The translations under genes were made by a program, and so were the position numbers. The notes beneath the pieces are model-generated. The model saw nothing but the letters and a program-made list of their open reading frames with translations, had not been told where the DNA came from and did not search any database. From Pseudothermotoga sp. (GTDB lineage Bacteria; Thermotogota; Thermotogae; Thermotogales; DSM-5069), in assembly GCA_031962025.1 (NCBI GenBank), contig JAVRKW010000001.1: 64,000 nucleotides of DNA. One strand, 5' to 3'. Below are positions 20,588-31,622 of the stretch, in pieces; the first letter of the stretch is position 1, and each line of letters begins with the position of its first letter.

Positions 20588-21016
20588 ATGTTGATGCCTA
20601 AAAGGGTAAAATACAGAAAACAGCAACGCGGACGAATGCGAGGAGAAGCAAAGGGTGGAACAACTGTTGCCTTCGGTGAATGGGGTTTGAAGGCGCTTGC
20701 CCCCGCTTGGATAACCTCGCAGCAGATAGAGGCTGGTCGTATCGCTATAATGAGGGTTATGAAAAAGAGTGGAAAGCTCTGGATAAGAGTTTTCCCGGAT
20801 AAACCTTACACAAAGAAGCCGGCTGAAACAAGACAGGGTAAAGGAAAAGGTAATGTTGAAGGATGGGTCAGTGTTGTAAAACCCGGGAAGATACTTTTCG
20901 AGGTATCCGGAGTGGAAGAAAATGTTGCAAAAGAAGCCCTGATGTATGCCGCAAGTAAATTACCGATACCAACTAAAATAGTTTCCCGCTCTCACATCGG
21001 AGGTGAGGCTGTATGA
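20588..21016 (+). CDS. rplP: 50S ribosomal protein L16
   Basis: [15 protein letters not shown] and GKGKG. Confidence 0.99.
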   Translation: MLMPKRVKYRKQQRGRMRGEAKGGTTVAFGEWGLKALAPAWITSQQIEAGRIAIMRVMKKSGKLWIRVFPDKPYTKKPAETRQGKGKGNVEGWVSVVKPGKILFEVSGVEENVAKEALMYAASKLPIPTKIVSRSHIGGEAV

Positions 21017-21213
21017 AAGCAGCCGATATCCGAAATTACACAGATGAAGAACTCAAAAAATTGTTAGAGGAAAAAAAGAAGCAGTTGATGGATCTGAGGT
21101 TTCAGCATGCCATGGGTCAGCTCAGAAATACTGCTCAGATCAAAGAAGTGAGGCGTGATATAGCAAGAATCAGAACAATTCTTCGCGAAAGAGAACTCGG
21201 AGTAAGGAGGTAA
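21013..21213 (+). CDS. rpmC: 50S ribosomal protein L29
   Basis: [10 protein letters not shown] and RRDIARIRT. Confidence 0.98.
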   Translation: MKAADIRNYTDEELKKLLEEKKKQLMDLRFQHAMGQLRNTAQIKEVRRDIARIRTILRERELGVRR

Positions 21214-21219
21214 ACAAAT

Positions 21220-21507
21220 ATGGCAAAAAGGCGACTCACAGGGATTGTCATCAGTGATAAGATGGATAAAACAGTTGTAGTCAAAGTAACCAGGAAATTT
21301 GAACATCCTAAATATAAAAAGCACGTTGAAAAGTCCAAAAAATATCACGCACACGATGAAAAAAACGAGTGCAAGGTAGGAGACCTGGTTGTTATTGAAG
21401 AAACAAGACCACTCAGCAAGACCAAAAGTTGGCGAGTTGTCGAGATACTGAAGAAACAAATGGTAGTTGAGGAAGTACCTGATACCGAGGAGAGTGAAAA
21501 GATATGA
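21220..21507 (+). CDS. rpsQ: 30S ribosomal protein S17
   Basis: SDKMDKT and ETRPLSKTK. Confidence 0.99.
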   Translation: MAKRRLTGIVISDKMDKTVVVKVTRKFEHPKYKKHVEKSKKYHAHDEKNECKVGDLVVIEETRPLSKTKSWRVVEILKKQMVVEEVPDTEESEKI

Positions 21508-21872
21508 TTCAGGTGGAGAGCTATCTTGAAGTTGCTGACAACTCTGGTGCCAAAAAATTGAGAGTTATAAGAGTGATGGGTGGCTTTCACAAAAAATATG
21601 GAACTGTTGGAGATGTAGTTGTTTGTTCGGTTAGAGATGTTGTACCAAACACCGCCATCAAGAAAGGCGAGGTAGTCAAAGCGGTTATCGTCAGGACAAG
21701 GAAACCGATTAAAAGACCGGATGGTACTTATATTAGATTCGATGATAATGCGGCTGTCTTGATCGACAAATTCAACGAACCACGTGGAACGCGCGTTTTT
21801 GGCCCAGTAGCAAGAGAGATACGTGAAAAAGGATACATGAAAATAATCTCACTTGCTCCTGAGGTGCTTTGA
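21504..21872 (+). CDS. rplN: 50S ribosomal protein L14
   Basis: VADNSGAK and [11 protein letters not shown]. Confidence 0.99.
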   Translation: MIQVESYLEVADNSGAKKLRVIRVMGGFHKKYGTVGDVVVCSVRDVVPNTAIKKGEVVKAVIVRTRKPIKRPDGTYIRFDDNAAVLIDKFNEPRGTRVFGPVAREIREKGYMKIISLAPEVL

Positions 21873-21886
21873 GAGGTGATTGAAAA

Positions 21887-22204
21887 ATGAGAATAAGAAA
21901 AGATGATCTTGTGCAGGTGATATCCGGTAAAGACAAGGGAAAGAGAGGAAAAATTCTCAAGGTAATTCCCAAAGAGAACAAAGTGGTTGTTCAGGGAATT
22001 AACATGGTGAAGAGGCATCAAAGACCGATTCCGCAGCTCAGAGAAGGTGGAATAATAGAGCGCGAAGCACCTATATATGCTTGCAAAGTAATGCTCGTGT
22101 GCCCTAATTGTGATAAACCAACTCGCATTGGAGCGAAGTTCCTTGAAGATGGAACAAAGGTCAGAGTTTGCAAAGAATGCGGTGAGGTCATAGATAAAGC
22201 GTGA
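21887..22204 (+). CDS. rplX: 50S ribosomal protein L24
   Basis: KOW motif [10 protein letters not shown]-terminal CPNC and CKEC. Confidence 0.98.
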   Translation: MRIRKDDLVQVISGKDKGKRGKILKVIPKENKVVVQGINMVKRHQRPIPQLREGGIIEREAPIYACKVMLVCPNCDKPTRIGAKFLEDGTKVRVCKECGEVIDKA

Positions 22205-22218
22205 GGAGGAATCCAAAG

Positions 22219-22770
22219 ATGGGTACTCAGTACATCCCACTCAAGGAAAAATATGAGAAAGAAATAGTGCCGAAAATGATCAAGGAATTCAATTACAAAA
22301 ATATACATCAAGTTCCAAAGATTGAGAAAATAGTCATCAATATGGGAATTGGTGAAGGCTCCAGAAACGCCGAGCTTTTGAACAGACACATGAAAGAACT
22401 GGCAGCCATAACTGGTCAAAAGCCGGTTATCACAAAAGCCAAAAAGAGCATCTCGAATTTCAAAGTGAGAAAGGGTATGAACGTGGGACTTAAGGTGACA
22501 CTGCGAGGTTTGAGAATGTGGAATTTTCTGTACAAACTTGGAAATGTCGTTCTGCCAAAGGTGAGAGACTTCAGAGGTCTCAATCCCAATTCTTTCGATG
22601 GTCGTGGTAATTACAGCTTTGGCTTGACAGAGCAATTTGTTTTTCCAGAAGTGACACCAGATCAGTCACCAAGAGCTCAGGGAATGGATATAATAATTGT
22701 CACTACGGCAAAGACCGATTCAGAAGCTCTGAGATTGCTCGAGCTTTTGGGATTGCCTTTCAAACATTGA
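22219..22770 (+). CDS. rplE: 50S ribosomal protein L5
   Basis: KIVINMGIG and RDFRG; ATG 22219 after GAGGAGG. Confidence 0.98.
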   Translation: MGTQYIPLKEKYEKEIVPKMIKEFNYKNIHQVPKIEKIVINMGIGEGSRNAELLNRHMKELAAITGQKPVITKAKKSISNFKVRKGMNVGLKVTLRGLRMWNFLYKLGNVVLPKVRDFRGLNPNSFDGRGNYSFGLTEQFVFPEVTPDQSPRAQGMDIIIVTTAKTDSEALRLLELLGLPFKH

Positions 22771-22783
22771 GAGGAGGTATTTG

Positions 22784-22969
22784 ATGCCACGCAAAGGAAT
22801 TATAGAGAGATGGAAAAAACCCAAGAAATTCAAAGTTCGCGAGTACACAAGGTGTTCAATATGTGGAAGACCTAAAGCAGTTTATCGCGAGTTTGGTTTG
22901 TGCAGAGTTTGCTTCAGAAAGATGGCTCTCGAGGGCAAACTCCCTGGCGTCAAAAAAGCAAGCTGGTAA
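22784..22969 (+). CDS. rpsZ: 30S ribosomal protein S14, zinc-binding type Z
   Basis: RCSICGR and LCRVCFR. Confidence 0.97.
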   Translation: MPRKGIIERWKKPKKFKVREYTRCSICGRPKAVYREFGLCRVCFRKMALEGKLPGVKKASW

Positions 22970-22986
22970 GTAAGGGAGGGAGAATG

Positions 22987-23391
22987 ATGTGGAGTGACCC
23001 GATAGCTGACATGCTCACGAGAATAAGGAATGCGAATGTTGTCTTCAAAGAATACGTAGATGTTCCTGCTTCTAACTTGAAAAAAGCGATATGCGAGATT
23101 TTGAAGAAAGAAGGATTTATCCAAGATTACAAATACATAGAAGATGGAAAGCAGGGAATTTTGAGAATACACATGAAGTACAAAGGTCAGAGAAGGAACA
23201 GGGAAAGAGTTATCAAAGGTATTGTGAGGGTTTCAAAACCAGGCAGACGTCTATATGTGGCAAAAGACGAGATTCCCAAGGTAAAGAACGGTATAGGTAT
23301 AGCTATTCTCACAACTTCGAAGGGTGTTCTGACCGACAAAGAAGCACGAAGCCTTGGAGTTGGAGGAGAAATCATCGCCTACATCTGGTAA
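22987..23391 (+). CDS. rpsH: 30S ribosomal protein S8
   Basis: [13 protein letters not shown] and SKPGRR; start is ATG 22984 or 22987. Confidence 0.98.
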   Translation: MWSDPIADMLTRIRNANVVFKEYVDVPASNLKKAICEILKKEGFIQDYKYIEDGKQGILRIHMKYKGQRRNRERVIKGIVRVSKPGRRLYVAKDEIPKVKNGIGIAILTTSKGVLTDKEARSLGVGGEIIAYIW

Positions 23392-23404
23392 GGAGGTGAA
23401 GAAA

Positions 23405-23959
23405 ATGTCAAAGTTGGGGAAAAAACCGATATTGGTGCCTAAAGGTGTACAGGTTCAAATAGAAGGTAATACTATAACAGTCAAAGGTCCAAAAGGAACT
23501 CTGTCACGGAGTTTTCCAGAATATGTGAAAGTAAGCCTTGAAGATGGCAAGATCCGCGTGGAACAAAACGAAGCGACCATTGTGCGAAAATCTCAAAGAA
23601 AGATTCTCAAAACTTACCATGGTACCTACTGGTCTTTGATAAGAAATATGGTTCAGGGAGTGACAAGTGGTTTTGAAAAACAACTGGAAATAATTGGCGT
23701 TGGATACAGAGCACAGGCTCAGGGCAACAAATTGTCCCTTCAAGTTGGATATACTCATCCTGTGGTTCTTGAAGCACCTGCCAATGTCACAGTGGAAACT
23801 CCAGCGCCCAACACTATAATTGTGAAGGGTATCGATAAACAAGTAGTTGGACAGTTCGCCGCGCAGATAAGATCGTGGCGAGAAGTGAATGTCTACAGCG
23901 GTAAAGGTATCAAATACAAAGATGAGCTGGTAAGACACAAAGAAGGCAAGAAAAAATAA
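23405..23959 (+). CDS. rplF: 50S ribosomal protein L6
   Basis: VKGPKG, GVGYRA and YSGKGI; ATG 23405 after AAGGAGG. Confidence 0.98.
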   Translation: MSKLGKKPILVPKGVQVQIEGNTITVKGPKGTLSRSFPEYVKVSLEDGKIRVEQNEATIVRKSQRKILKTYHGTYWSLIRNMVQGVTSGFEKQLEIIGVGYRAQAQGNKLSLQVGYTHPVVLEAPANVTVETPAPNTIIVKGIDKQVVGQFAAQIRSWREVNVYSGKGIKYKDELVRHKEGKKK

Positions 23960-23973
23960 AGGGGGCATATAGC

Positions 23974-24342
23974 GTGATTAAGAAACAAGATAGAAGGCAG
24001 CAGAGAATCAGAAGGCATTTGAGAATAAGAAAAAAAATCTTCGGCACTGCCGAAAGACCGAGATTGTCAGTTTTTAGAAGCGAAAAGCACATCTACGCGC
24101 AATTAATTGATGACACAAAAGGTCATACGATTCTCTCAGCATCCACACTTGATCCAGAGCTGAGACAGAGAATAGTAAAGACATATAACAAAGAAGCCGC
24201 AAGAGAAGTTGGAAAATTGATTGCGCAGCGCGCATTGGCTAAAGGTATAAATCAAGTAGTGTTCGACCGCGGTGGATTCAAATATCACGGAAGAATCAAA
24301 GAACTTGCCGATGCTGCAAGAGAAGTCGGGTTGAAGTTCTGA
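23974..24342 (+). CDS. rplR: 50S ribosomal protein L18
   Basis: RPRLSVFRS and [11 protein letters not shown]. Confidence 0.98.
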   Translation: MIKKQDRRQQRIRRHLRIRKKIFGTAERPRLSVFRSEKHIYAQLIDDTKGHTILSASTLDPELRQRIVKTYNKEAAREVGKLIAQRALAKGINQVVFDRGGFKYHGRIKELADAAREVGLKF

Positions 24343-24358
24343 GGAGGTGCACAAGAGA

Positions 24359-24895
24359 ATGGATGAGATACTCGAAGAAGAATTGATAAAGAAAGAATCA
24401 GAAGAGTTTGAGGAACGAATTGTTGAAATAAAACGCACAGCTAAGGTGACAAAAGGTGGAAAGACTCTGAGTTTCAGGGTTCTCGCTGTTGTCGGAAACA
24501 GAAAAGGAAAGGTCGGAGTCGGCTTGGGAAAAGCAAGAGAGGTACCTGATGCTATAAGAAAAGCGATAAGCGCCGCCAGATCAGCGATCATAGATGTTCC
24601 ACTGTACAAGAACACTATACCCCATGAAGTAATTGGGAAGCAGGATGCCTCTAAGGTTCTTCTCAAGCCTGCTGCCCCTGGAACTGGAATCATCGCTGGT
24701 AGTACGGTGAGAGCTGTTGTTGAGCTTGCTGGTATACAGAACATTCTGACAAAGTCACTGGGCTCATCGACGGCAGTTAATCTGGCTCTTGCCACTTTGA
24801 ATGGTCTTAAATCCCTGGTTTCACCGGACAAAGCGGCTAAACTTCGGGATATAACGGTAAGCCAGGTTTTGCGCGGAACGAGGAAGGAGGTCTGA
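24359..24895 (+). CDS. rpsE: 30S ribosomal protein S5
   Basis: KVTKGGK and [14 protein letters not shown] 24359. Confidence 0.98.
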   Translation: MDEILEEELIKKESEEFEERIVEIKRTAKVTKGGKTLSFRVLAVVGNRKGKVGVGLGKAREVPDAIRKAISAARSAIIDVPLYKNTIPHEVIGKQDASKVLLKPAAPGTGIIAGSTVRAVVELAGIQNILTKSLGSSTAVNLALATLNGLKSLVSPDKAAKLRDITVSQVLRGTRKEV

Positions 24896-24897
24896 GG

Positions 24898-25092
24898 ATG
24901 CCAAAGCTTGTAATTGAACTGGTCAGAAGTCCTGTCGGATATAAGTATGATCAAAGAGAAACAGTAAAAGCCCTTGGCTTGAAGAAATTACATGACAAAG
25001 TTGTCAAGCAGGACAATCCTCAGATCAGAGGAATGCTCAATAAGATCAGACACCTTGTAAAAGTTGAAGAGCTCCAGAAAGAGGAGGAATGA
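24898..25092 (+). CDS. rpmD: 50S ribosomal protein L30
   Basis: RSPVG...TVKALGL...[10 protein letters not shown]. Confidence 0.97.
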   Translation: MPKLVIELVRSPVGYKYDQRETVKALGLKKLHDKVVKQDNPQIRGMLNKIRHLVKVEELQKEEE

Positions 25093-25095
25093 ACA

Positions 25096-25542
25096 ATGCT
25101 CAAATTGCACGATCTAAAACCCACTCCTGGCTCAGTCAGGGAACCAAAGAGAGTTGGACGGGGAATTGGTTCCGGACTTGGTAAAACAAGCGGAAGGGGT
25201 CATAAAGGTCAAAAATCAAGAGGATCTGGAAAGGTTCATCTGTGGTTAGAAGGTGGGCAGACCCCGCTACATAGGAGGTTACCAAAGGTTGGTTTCAAAA
25301 GCTTCACGCACAAAAACTATGCAGTGGTAAATATAAGATCCCTTGAAGAGAAATTCGAAGCTAACGAAGAAGTCACACCTGAAACTCTTATCAAGAAAGG
25401 TCTGGTAAAAAAAGTGAAGGATGGTATCAAAATACTTGGAAGTGGTGAATTAACAAAACCCTTAACGGTTAAAGCGCACGCATTCAGCAAAGCCGCCAAA
25501 AAAGCCATAGAGATGGTCGGTGGTAAAATAGAGGTGATATAG
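25096..25542 (+). CDS. rplO: 50S ribosomal protein L15
   Basis: [21 protein letters not shown] and EGGQTP. Confidence 0.98.
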   Translation: MLKLHDLKPTPGSVREPKRVGRGIGSGLGKTSGRGHKGQKSRGSGKVHLWLEGGQTPLHRRLPKVGFKSFTHKNYAVVNIRSLEEKFEANEEVTPETLIKKGLVKKVKDGIKILGSGELTKPLTVKAHAFSKAAKKAIEMVGGKIEVI

Positions 25543-25543
25543 C

Positions 25544-26833
25544 GTGTGGAAAGCATTGCAAAATGCCTTCAAGATACCAGAATTGCGGGATAGGATCCTT
25601 TTTACAATCGCTGCTTTGATTGTTTTCAGGCTCGGTATATACATTCCCATTCCAGGAATAAATATCCAGGCATGGGGTGAGGCTTTCAAGAGATTTGGAG
25701 AAGGTGCGGCTGGAGGCATACTCAGCTTTTACGATGTTTTCACGGGAGGAGCCTTGGAGAATTTTTCGATTTTTGCTATGAGCGTGACTCCTTATATAAA
25801 TGCCTCAATTGTCTTGCAATTGCTGTCTTCTGTGATACCGAAGCTTCGTGATGTTTTGCGAGAAGGTGAAGAAGGCAGAAAAAAATTCGCTCAATACACA
25901 CGTAATTTGACAATAGTACTCGGTGCTTTCCAGTCGTTCATAGTTTCTTTCAGTCTGGTCAGGCAAAATCCAGATATCGTTGCTTATGGCTTGAATCCAC
26001 TTTCTTTTGTGATGATTTCGACGATTTCCATGTTGGCTGGTACGATGTTCTTACTGTGGCTTGGTGATAGAATTACCGAACGTGGTATAGGAAATGGAAT
26101 ATCAATACTGATTTTTGCAGGTATAGTTGCAAGATATCCTAATTATTTTGGCAGAATTCTTCTGGGTAGATTGAACGTTTTTGGTTGGATCTTTCTCATA
26201 GCCGTTGCTCTGATTACTGTCGCCGGTATTATATACGTGCAGCAGGCAGAAAGGCGTATAACAATCCAGTACGCAACACGAGTAACGGGTAGAAGGGTAT
26301 ACGGTGGTGCATCTACTTATATACCCGTTAAAGTCAACCAGGGAGGCGTCATACCAATAATCTTTGCAAGTGCCATACTTATGATTCCGGCTGCTATTGC
26401 TCAGATGGCTGGTTGGGATTTTCTCAGACGCCTTCTTGGACCTGGTAGTGCTCTTTACATCATACTGTACGGTGTGATGGTTTTCTTCTTTACATATTTT
26501 TACAGCGTTGTCGTTTTTGATCCACACGATGTTTCAGAAAATGTGAGAAAATATGGTGGATTCATACCTGGTATAAGGCCAGGAAAACCAACGGAGGAAT
26601 ACATTCAGAAAATAGTCAACAGAGTTACTTTTATGGGTGCTGTTTTTCTGGTTGCCATTGCACTTTTACCGCACCTTGTTCAGGGTGTTACGAAGGTAGA
26701 TATAGTTATAGGAGGTACATCGACCTTGATCGCCGTTGGTGTTGCACTCGATGTTTTGCAACAGATGGAAGCTCATTTGATCATGAGACATTATGAAGGT
26801 TTCATCAAAAAAGGAAGGATAAAGGGAAGATGA
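25544..26833 (+). CDS. secY: Preprotein translocase subunit SecY
   Basis: PYINASI, GIGNGIS and IPGIRPG; about 10 TM. Confidence 0.98.
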   Translation: MWKALQNAFKIPELRDRILFTIAALIVFRLGIYIPIPGINIQAWGEAFKRFGEGAAGGILSFYDVFTGGALENFSIFAMSVTPYINASIVLQLLSSVIPKLRDVLREGEEGRKKFAQYTRNLTIVLGAFQSFIVSFSLVRQNPDIVAYGLNPLSFVMISTISMLAGTMFLLWLGDRITERGIGNGISILIFAGIVARYPNYFGRILLGRLNVFGWIFLIAVALITVAGIIYVQQAERRITIQYATRVTGRRVYGGASTYIPVKVNQGGVIPIIFASAILMIPAAIAQMAGWDFLRRLLGPGSALYIILYGVMVFFFTYFYSVVVFDPHDVSENVRKYGGFIPGIRPGKPTEEYIQKIVNRVTFMGAVFLVAIALLPHLVQGVTKVDIVIGGTSTLIAVGVALDVLQQMEAHLIMRHYEGFIKKGRIKGR

Positions 26834-27483
26834 GGATAGTTTTGCTTGGAGCACCTGGCGCGGGAAAAGGAACACTTGCCAAAGACTTAATAAGTCATTT
26901 CAAGATTCCACATATATCAACAGGTGATATGTTCAGAGAAGCTGTGGCTGCTGGCACAGAACTGGGGCGTAAAGTTCAAAGCATTTTGGAGTCTGGCGCG
27001 CTTGTGCCAGATGAGATCGTCAATCAGGTAGTTGAAGAGAGACTGAAAAAATTTGATTGTCAGAATGGTTTTGTATTCGATGGCTATCCGAGAACAGTTC
27101 CGCAAGCTATAGCATTGGATGAGATACTCTCGAAGATGTCTAAGAAATTAGATGCGGTTATTTACTTACGAATAAGCGAGCAGACAGTGGTTGAAAGACT
27201 CACAAACAGAAGATTGTGCCCAAAATGTGGCAGGATTTACAACATGATTTCAATGCGTCCTAAAAATGATGAGCTGTGTAATGACTGTGGTGTAAAACTC
27301 GTGATTCGTGATGACGACAAAGAAGAAGTTGTCAGAAAGCGTTATAGGTTGTATTGTGAAATGACAAAGCCGCTGGTAGATTATTATCAAAAAAGAGATC
27401 TGCTGATTGAGGTAGATTCAGAGGTTGATCATCAGGATTTGGCAAACCGAGTAATAAAGATTTTAGAAAAGGTGAGATCTTGA
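26830..27483 (+). CDS. adk: Adenylate kinase with zinc lid
   Basis: GAPGAGKGT, DGYPR and lid CPKC...CNDC. Confidence 0.98.
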   Translation: MRIVLLGAPGAGKGTLAKDLISHFKIPHISTGDMFREAVAAGTELGRKVQSILESGALVPDEIVNQVVEERLKKFDCQNGFVFDGYPRTVPQAIALDEILSKMSKKLDAVIYLRISEQTVVERLTNRRLCPKCGRIYNMISMRPKNDELCNDCGVKLVIRDDDKEEVVRKRYRLYCEMTKPLVDYYQKRDLLIEVDSEVDHQDLANRVIKILEKVRS

Positions 27484-28229
27484 TAAGAATAAAGTCGAAA
27501 ATCGAACTTGAACACATGACCAAAGCCTGCCGTGCTGTCGGTTTGGTACTCAAGGAAGTGAAAGATATCATGGTCGAAGGAGCAACGGCAGCTGACGTTG
27601 AAGACTTTGTTCTGAAAAGATTCAAAGAACTGGATGTAAAACCAGCCTTCAAAGGTTATAGGGGCTATAAATATGCGACTTGTGTTTCTGTGAACGAGGA
27701 AGTTTTGCACGGAGCACCTTTGAAGAGCAAGGTCTTCAAAAAGGGAGATATAGTCTCTGTTGATCTTGGTGCGATATATCAAGGATTATACGCAGATGGA
27801 GCTGTGACCTATTCTGTTTCTGGTACTGATGAGATAGGTGAAAAGTTGATGATGGTAGGGCAGGAAGCTCTAAATAAAGCCATATCCGTTGTAAAGGATG
27901 GTGCAAGGATTGGTGACATTTCTTACGCCATACAGAGCTTTGTTGAAGCAAACGGCTTCAATGTCATCAGGGATTACGTGGGTCATGGCATAGGTAGGCA
28001 ATTGCATGAAGAACCTGAAATACCTAATTACGGCAAGCCAGGTACTGGTGCGAAAATAGTTTCTGGCATGACACTGGCTATAGAAGTTATGATCTGTGAA
28101 GGTGATTGGCAGGTGTCCACACTTGACGATGGATGGACTGTGGTAATGCTCGATGGTAAGAGAAGTGCTCATTACGAACATACTGTTCTGGTTACCGATA
28201 CAGGAGCAAAGGTTCTGACACAGTTTTAA
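27480..28229 (+). CDS. map: Methionine aminopeptidase type I
   Basis: [20 protein letters not shown] and SAHYEHT. Confidence 0.97.
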   Translation: MIRIKSKIELEHMTKACRAVGLVLKEVKDIMVEGATAADVEDFVLKRFKELDVKPAFKGYRGYKYATCVSVNEEVLHGAPLKSKVFKKGDIVSVDLGAIYQGLYADGAVTYSVSGTDEIGEKLMMVGQEALNKAISVVKDGARIGDISYAIQSFVEANGFNVIRDYVGHGIGRQLHEEPEIPNYGKPGTGAKIVSGMTLAIEVMICEGDWQVSTLDDGWTVVMLDGKRSAHYEHTVLVTDTGAKVLTQF

Positions 28230-28240
28230 GAGGTGGTGAA

Positions 28241-28495
28241 ATGCCTAAGGAAGATGTCATTAAGATGGAGGGGACGATAACAGAAGCAAGAAGAAATGCG
28301 ACTTTTGTCGTAGAACTTGATAACGGTCACAAGATTCTGGCACAGATTTCTGGAAGGATGAGAAAGAATTTCATCAGACTTTTTCCAGGAGACAGAGTGG
28401 TTGTTGAACTTTCTATATACGATCTCTCAAAGGGACGTATTGTTTACAGAAAAAAGCTGGACAAGAAAGAAGATGACGATGACGAAAGGAGCTGA
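28241..28495 (+). CDS. infA: Translation initiation factor IF-1
   Basis: [27 protein letters not shown]; position between map and rpmJ. Confidence 0.97.
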   Translation: MPKEDVIKMEGTITEARRNATFVVELDNGHKILAQISGRMRKNFIRLFPGDRVVVELSIYDLSKGRIVYRKKLDKKEDDDDERS

Positions 28496-28501
28496 TAAGA
28501 T

Positions 28502-28618
28502 ATGAAAGTAAGGTCTTCTGTCAAAAAAAGATGTGAGCACTGTCAGATTGTTCGCCGAAGAGGTCGTGTTTTGATCATATGCAAAGCAAACCCAAAGCAC
28601 AACCAGAAGCAGGGTTGA
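28502..28618 (+). CDS. rpmJ: 50S ribosomal protein L36 (zinc-binding); not in the ORF track
   Basis: Manual translation gives [38 protein letters not shown]. Confidence 0.97.
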   Translation: MKVRSSVKKRCEHCQIVRRRGRVLIICKANPKHNQKQG

Positions 28619-28637
28619 AAAACAGGGAGGGAACTGA

Positions 28638-29024
28638 ATGGCGCGTATAATGGGTGTCGAATTGCCCGGAAATAAAAAGTGTTTCGTTGCCCTGACTTAT
28701 CTGTACGGTATTGGTAAGACAAGGGCTTTTGAGATTCTGAACAACACAGGTGTTGATCCCGATAAAAGAGTGAAAGATCTCACAGATGAAGAAGTTAGTA
28801 AGATAACGAAATTCATTCAGGACCATTACAAGGTCGAAGGTGAGCTCAAGGCAGAAGTAAATAGAAATATTAAGAGATTGATCGATATTGGCTGTTACAG
28901 GGGATTGAGGCACAAGCTTGGATTGCCTGTGCGCGGTCAGAGAACTCGTTCCAACGCACGAACCAGAAAAGGACCGAGACCAAGTAGAATAAAGACAAAG
29001 AAGAAGAAAGAACAAACCGTATGA
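28638..29024 (+). CDS. rpsM: 30S ribosomal protein S13
   Basis: [16 protein letters not shown]. Confidence 0.99.
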   Translation: MARIMGVELPGNKKCFVALTYLYGIGKTRAFEILNNTGVDPDKRVKDLTDEEVSKITKFIQDHYKVEGELKAEVNRNIKRLIDIGCYRGLRHKLGLPVRGQRTRSNARTRKGPRPSRIKTKKKKEQTV

Positions 29025-29040
29025 TTGAGGAGGAATGATC

Positions 29041-29427
29041 ATGGCAAGAAGGTCAGAAGGAAAGAAAAAAAGAAAAATTCTAACAGACAGAGGAATCGTT
29101 CACATAAAATCCACATTCAACAACACGATTGTGACTCTATCAGATGCTGATGGTTCTACAATCATCTGGGCAAGCAGCGGTACAGCCGGTTTTGAAGGGA
29201 CGAGAAAAGGTACACCGTACGCAGCACAGCTTGCAGCCGACAAGGTTGCCAAGGAGGCTCTAAGGCTCGGTATAAAACGCGTTGATGTTCTGGTAAAAGG
29301 TCCTGGACCCGGACGAGAGGCTGCTATTAGAACACTCCAGGCAGCAGGTCTTGAGGTGGACAGCATCAAAGATGTGACACCTATACCTTTCAACGGCTGC
29401 AGGCCTAAGAAGAAACGCCGAGTTTGA
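29041..29427 (+). CDS. rpsK: 30S ribosomal protein S11
   Basis: STFNNTI and [12 protein letters not shown]. Confidence 0.99.
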   Translation: MARRSEGKKKRKILTDRGIVHIKSTFNNTIVTLSDADGSTIIWASSGTAGFEGTRKGTPYAAQLAADKVAKEALRLGIKRVDVLVKGPGPGREAAIRTLQAAGLEVDSIKDVTPIPFNGCRPKKKRRV

Positions 29428-29440
29428 GGGAGGGAATGAA

Positions 29441-30070
29441 ATGGCTAGATACACTGGACCAGATTGTAGATTGTGTCGCAGAGAAGGTATGAAACTCTAT
29501 CTGAAAGGTGAAAGATGCTTTACTGACCATTGTTCATTTGACAGAAGATCATATGCACCTGGGGATCATGGACGTCAGCGTGGGAAACTCTCGCAATACG
29601 GCACACAACTGCGCGCAAAACAGGTGATGAAAAGGATATACGGTATAGTCGAACGGCAGTTTGAACGATACTTTGAAAAAGCTCTGAGAATGCCAGGAGA
29701 TACACGAGAAAATCTCGTGAGGCTTGTCGAATCTCGTGTGGACAACGTAGTTTACAGAATGGGTTTTGCCATCAACAGAAAACAGGCAAGGCAATTGGTA
29801 ACCCACGGCCATTTTTTGGTCAACGGTATGAAGATTGACGTGCCTTCTTATAGATTGAAGCCGGGTGACACAGTAGAAGTCAGCGAAAAGAGTAGATCCA
29901 TTAACGTTATAAAACAGGCAATAGAAACATCTAAAGATAGAACCAAGGTGCCATGGATTGAGGTTGATCCTGATTCCTACAGGGGTACATTTGTGAGGTT
30001 CCCAAATCTTGAGGAGGTAACGGATCTGCCAGTAGACGTGCAGGCAATAGTTGAGTTCTACTCGAGGTGA
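29441..30070 (+). CDS. rpsD: 30S ribosomal protein S4 (zinc-type N-terminus)
   Basis: [25 protein letters not shown] and IVEFYSR. Confidence 0.99.
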   Translation: MARYTGPDCRLCRREGMKLYLKGERCFTDHCSFDRRSYAPGDHGRQRGKLSQYGTQLRAKQVMKRIYGIVERQFERYFEKALRMPGDTRENLVRLVESRVDNVVYRMGFAINRKQARQLVTHGHFLVNGMKIDVPSYRLKPGDTVEVSEKSRSINVIKQAIETSKDRTKVPWIEVDPDSYRGTFVRFPNLEEVTDLPVDVQAIVEFYSR

Positions 30071-30075
30071 TGTGT

Positions 30076-31074
30076 GTGATCGAATACGTTGTTCCTAAGA
30101 AACTCAAGATCGAAGAAGAGCGAGCAGAAGCAGAATATTATTATGCGAGATATGTCCTCTCACCGATGGAAAAAGGTTATGGTACCACTATCGGGAATGC
30201 GCTGAGACGTATCTTGCTCTCATCGATTCCCTCTGTTGCAATAGTTGGTGTGAAATTCATAAAACCGGAGAAATACCACGAATTTGACACAATTACTGGT
30301 GTAAAGGAAGATATTCTTGAGATCATTTTGAATCTGAAGAGAGTTCAATTGAGGGCAGAGGTACCGGTTAGAGAAAAGATAAAGATGATTGTCGAGAAGA
30401 AGGGACCTGGTGTCTTAACAGCTGGCGACATAAAGGTACCTGCTGGTTTTGAGATTGCAAATCCTTCGTTGAAAATAGCCACACTCGATGAAGAAGCCGA
30501 CCTCATGTTTGAACTGTATGCCCAGGCAGGTAAGGGATTTGTCCCGGCAAGCGAACTGGACGAGCATCCTGAAATCGGATGGATACCAATTGACGGTGTT
30601 TTTTCACCCGTGATGAAAGTTAACTTCAAAGTTGAGAGCGCAAGGGTTGAGAAGAAAACTGATTACGATAAAATGATTCTTGAAATTTGGACAAAGAAAA
30701 CGATCTTCCCCAATGAAGCGCTGAAAAGGGCGGTAGAAATACTAACAAACCATCTGCAGATCATATCTGAGAGTTTGCCAGAAGGTATGGTGCCTTTGAC
30801 AACAGAATTCGTTTCTGTGTCACAGGAAGAAGCTAAACCCGAACAAGAAGTAAGTGAAGAGGAAGCGATATACTCAAGAAAAATAGACGAGCTGGAACTG
30901 ACAATAAGATCACTCAATTGTCTGAGGCGTGACAAAATCGAGACCATAGGCGACTTGATGAAAAGAACGGAGGAAGATCTCCTCAAGATCAAGAATTTTG
31001 GTCCAAAATCCTTGGATGAGGTTAAGTCAAAACTCATGGAGAAATTCGGTCTCACACTCAAAAAAGGAGGTTAA
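30076..31074 (+). CDS. rpoA: RNA polymerase subunit alpha
   Basis: [21 protein letters not shown] and alpha-CTD RSLNCL...NFGPKS. Confidence 0.98.
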   Translation: MIEYVVPKKLKIEEERAEAEYYYARYVLSPMEKGYGTTIGNALRRILLSSIPSVAIVGVKFIKPEKYHEFDTITGVKEDILEIILNLKRVQLRAEVPVREKIKMIVEKKGPGVLTAGDIKVPAGFEIANPSLKIATLDEEADLMFELYAQAGKGFVPASELDEHPEIGWIPIDGVFSPVMKVNFKVESARVEKKTDYDKMILEIWTKKTIFPNEALKRAVEILTNHLQIISESLPEGMVPLTTEFVSVSQEEAKPEQEVSEEEAIYSRKIDELELTIRSLNCLRRDKIETIGDLMKRTEEDLLKIKNFGPKSLDEVKSKLMEKFGLTLKKGG

Positions 31075-31077
31075 TTT

Positions 31078-31455
31078 ATGAGACACAGAATGCTAAGAAA
31101 TCACATAGGTACTTATGGCAGCCATACACGCTCTTTGCTGAAAAATCAGATGAGAGAACTTGTTGAGCACAAAAGTATTGTAACAACCGTGACCAAAGCC
31201 AAGGTAGTTCAAAGGGCTTTTGAAAAACTCATGACAAAAGCGGTAAAAGCTGCAAAAGCTGATAAATTAGAGAGTGTTGCTCTTAGAAGGCAGATAAATT
31301 ATTACCTAAGTGATAGACGATTGACAAATAAACTTGTCGATGAAATCGCTAAATCCATCGATAAGACAAGTGGTTTTACCAGAATAATTCGTATTGGCAG
31401 AAGACGTGGCGATGCTGCGGAAATGGTTTTGTTGCAGATTGTCGAAAAACAATGA
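31078..31455 (+). CDS. rplQ: 50S ribosomal protein L17
   Basis: MRHR..., TT..KAK and GFTRI...RRGDAA. Confidence 0.96.
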   Translation: MRHRMLRNHIGTYGSHTRSLLKNQMRELVEHKSIVTTVTKAKVVQRAFEKLMTKAVKAAKADKLESVALRRQINYYLSDRRLTNKLVDEIAKSIDKTSGFTRIIRIGRRRGDAAEMVLLQIVEKQ

Positions 31456-31458
31456 AGA

Positions 31459-31490
31459 GAAAATCCCCTCAATGGGGATTTTCCCTTTTT
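31459..31490 (+). terminator. Intrinsic terminator of the ribosomal superoperon
   Basis: GAAAATCCCC-TCAAT-GGGGATTTTC followed by CCTTTTT. Confidence 0.85.
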
Positions 31491-31500
31491 ATTCAATCTA

Positions 31501-31529
31501 TTGACTAATTGATGTTTATCTGGTAAATT
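31501..31529 (+). promoter_or_regulatory. Sigma70-type promoter of rho
   Basis: TTGACT-N17-TAAATT with an extended -10 TG. Confidence 0.7.
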
Positions 31530-31622
31530 TTATTTGTAACCTCTTTTTTAGATGCCAACCCGATTAGTGCCCTTACTTTTTAAATGTGCTGATTTGTATA
31601 TCTGATTTGGAGGTGTTTCTCC

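Noticed and set aside
22018..22635. 205-aa antisense ORF over rplX-rplE
   Set aside because: Antisense to essential genes; no motif.
24136..24954. 272-aa antisense ORF over rplR-rpsE-rpmD
   Set aside because: Shadow of highly conserved r-protein genes; no recognisable motif or expression signal.
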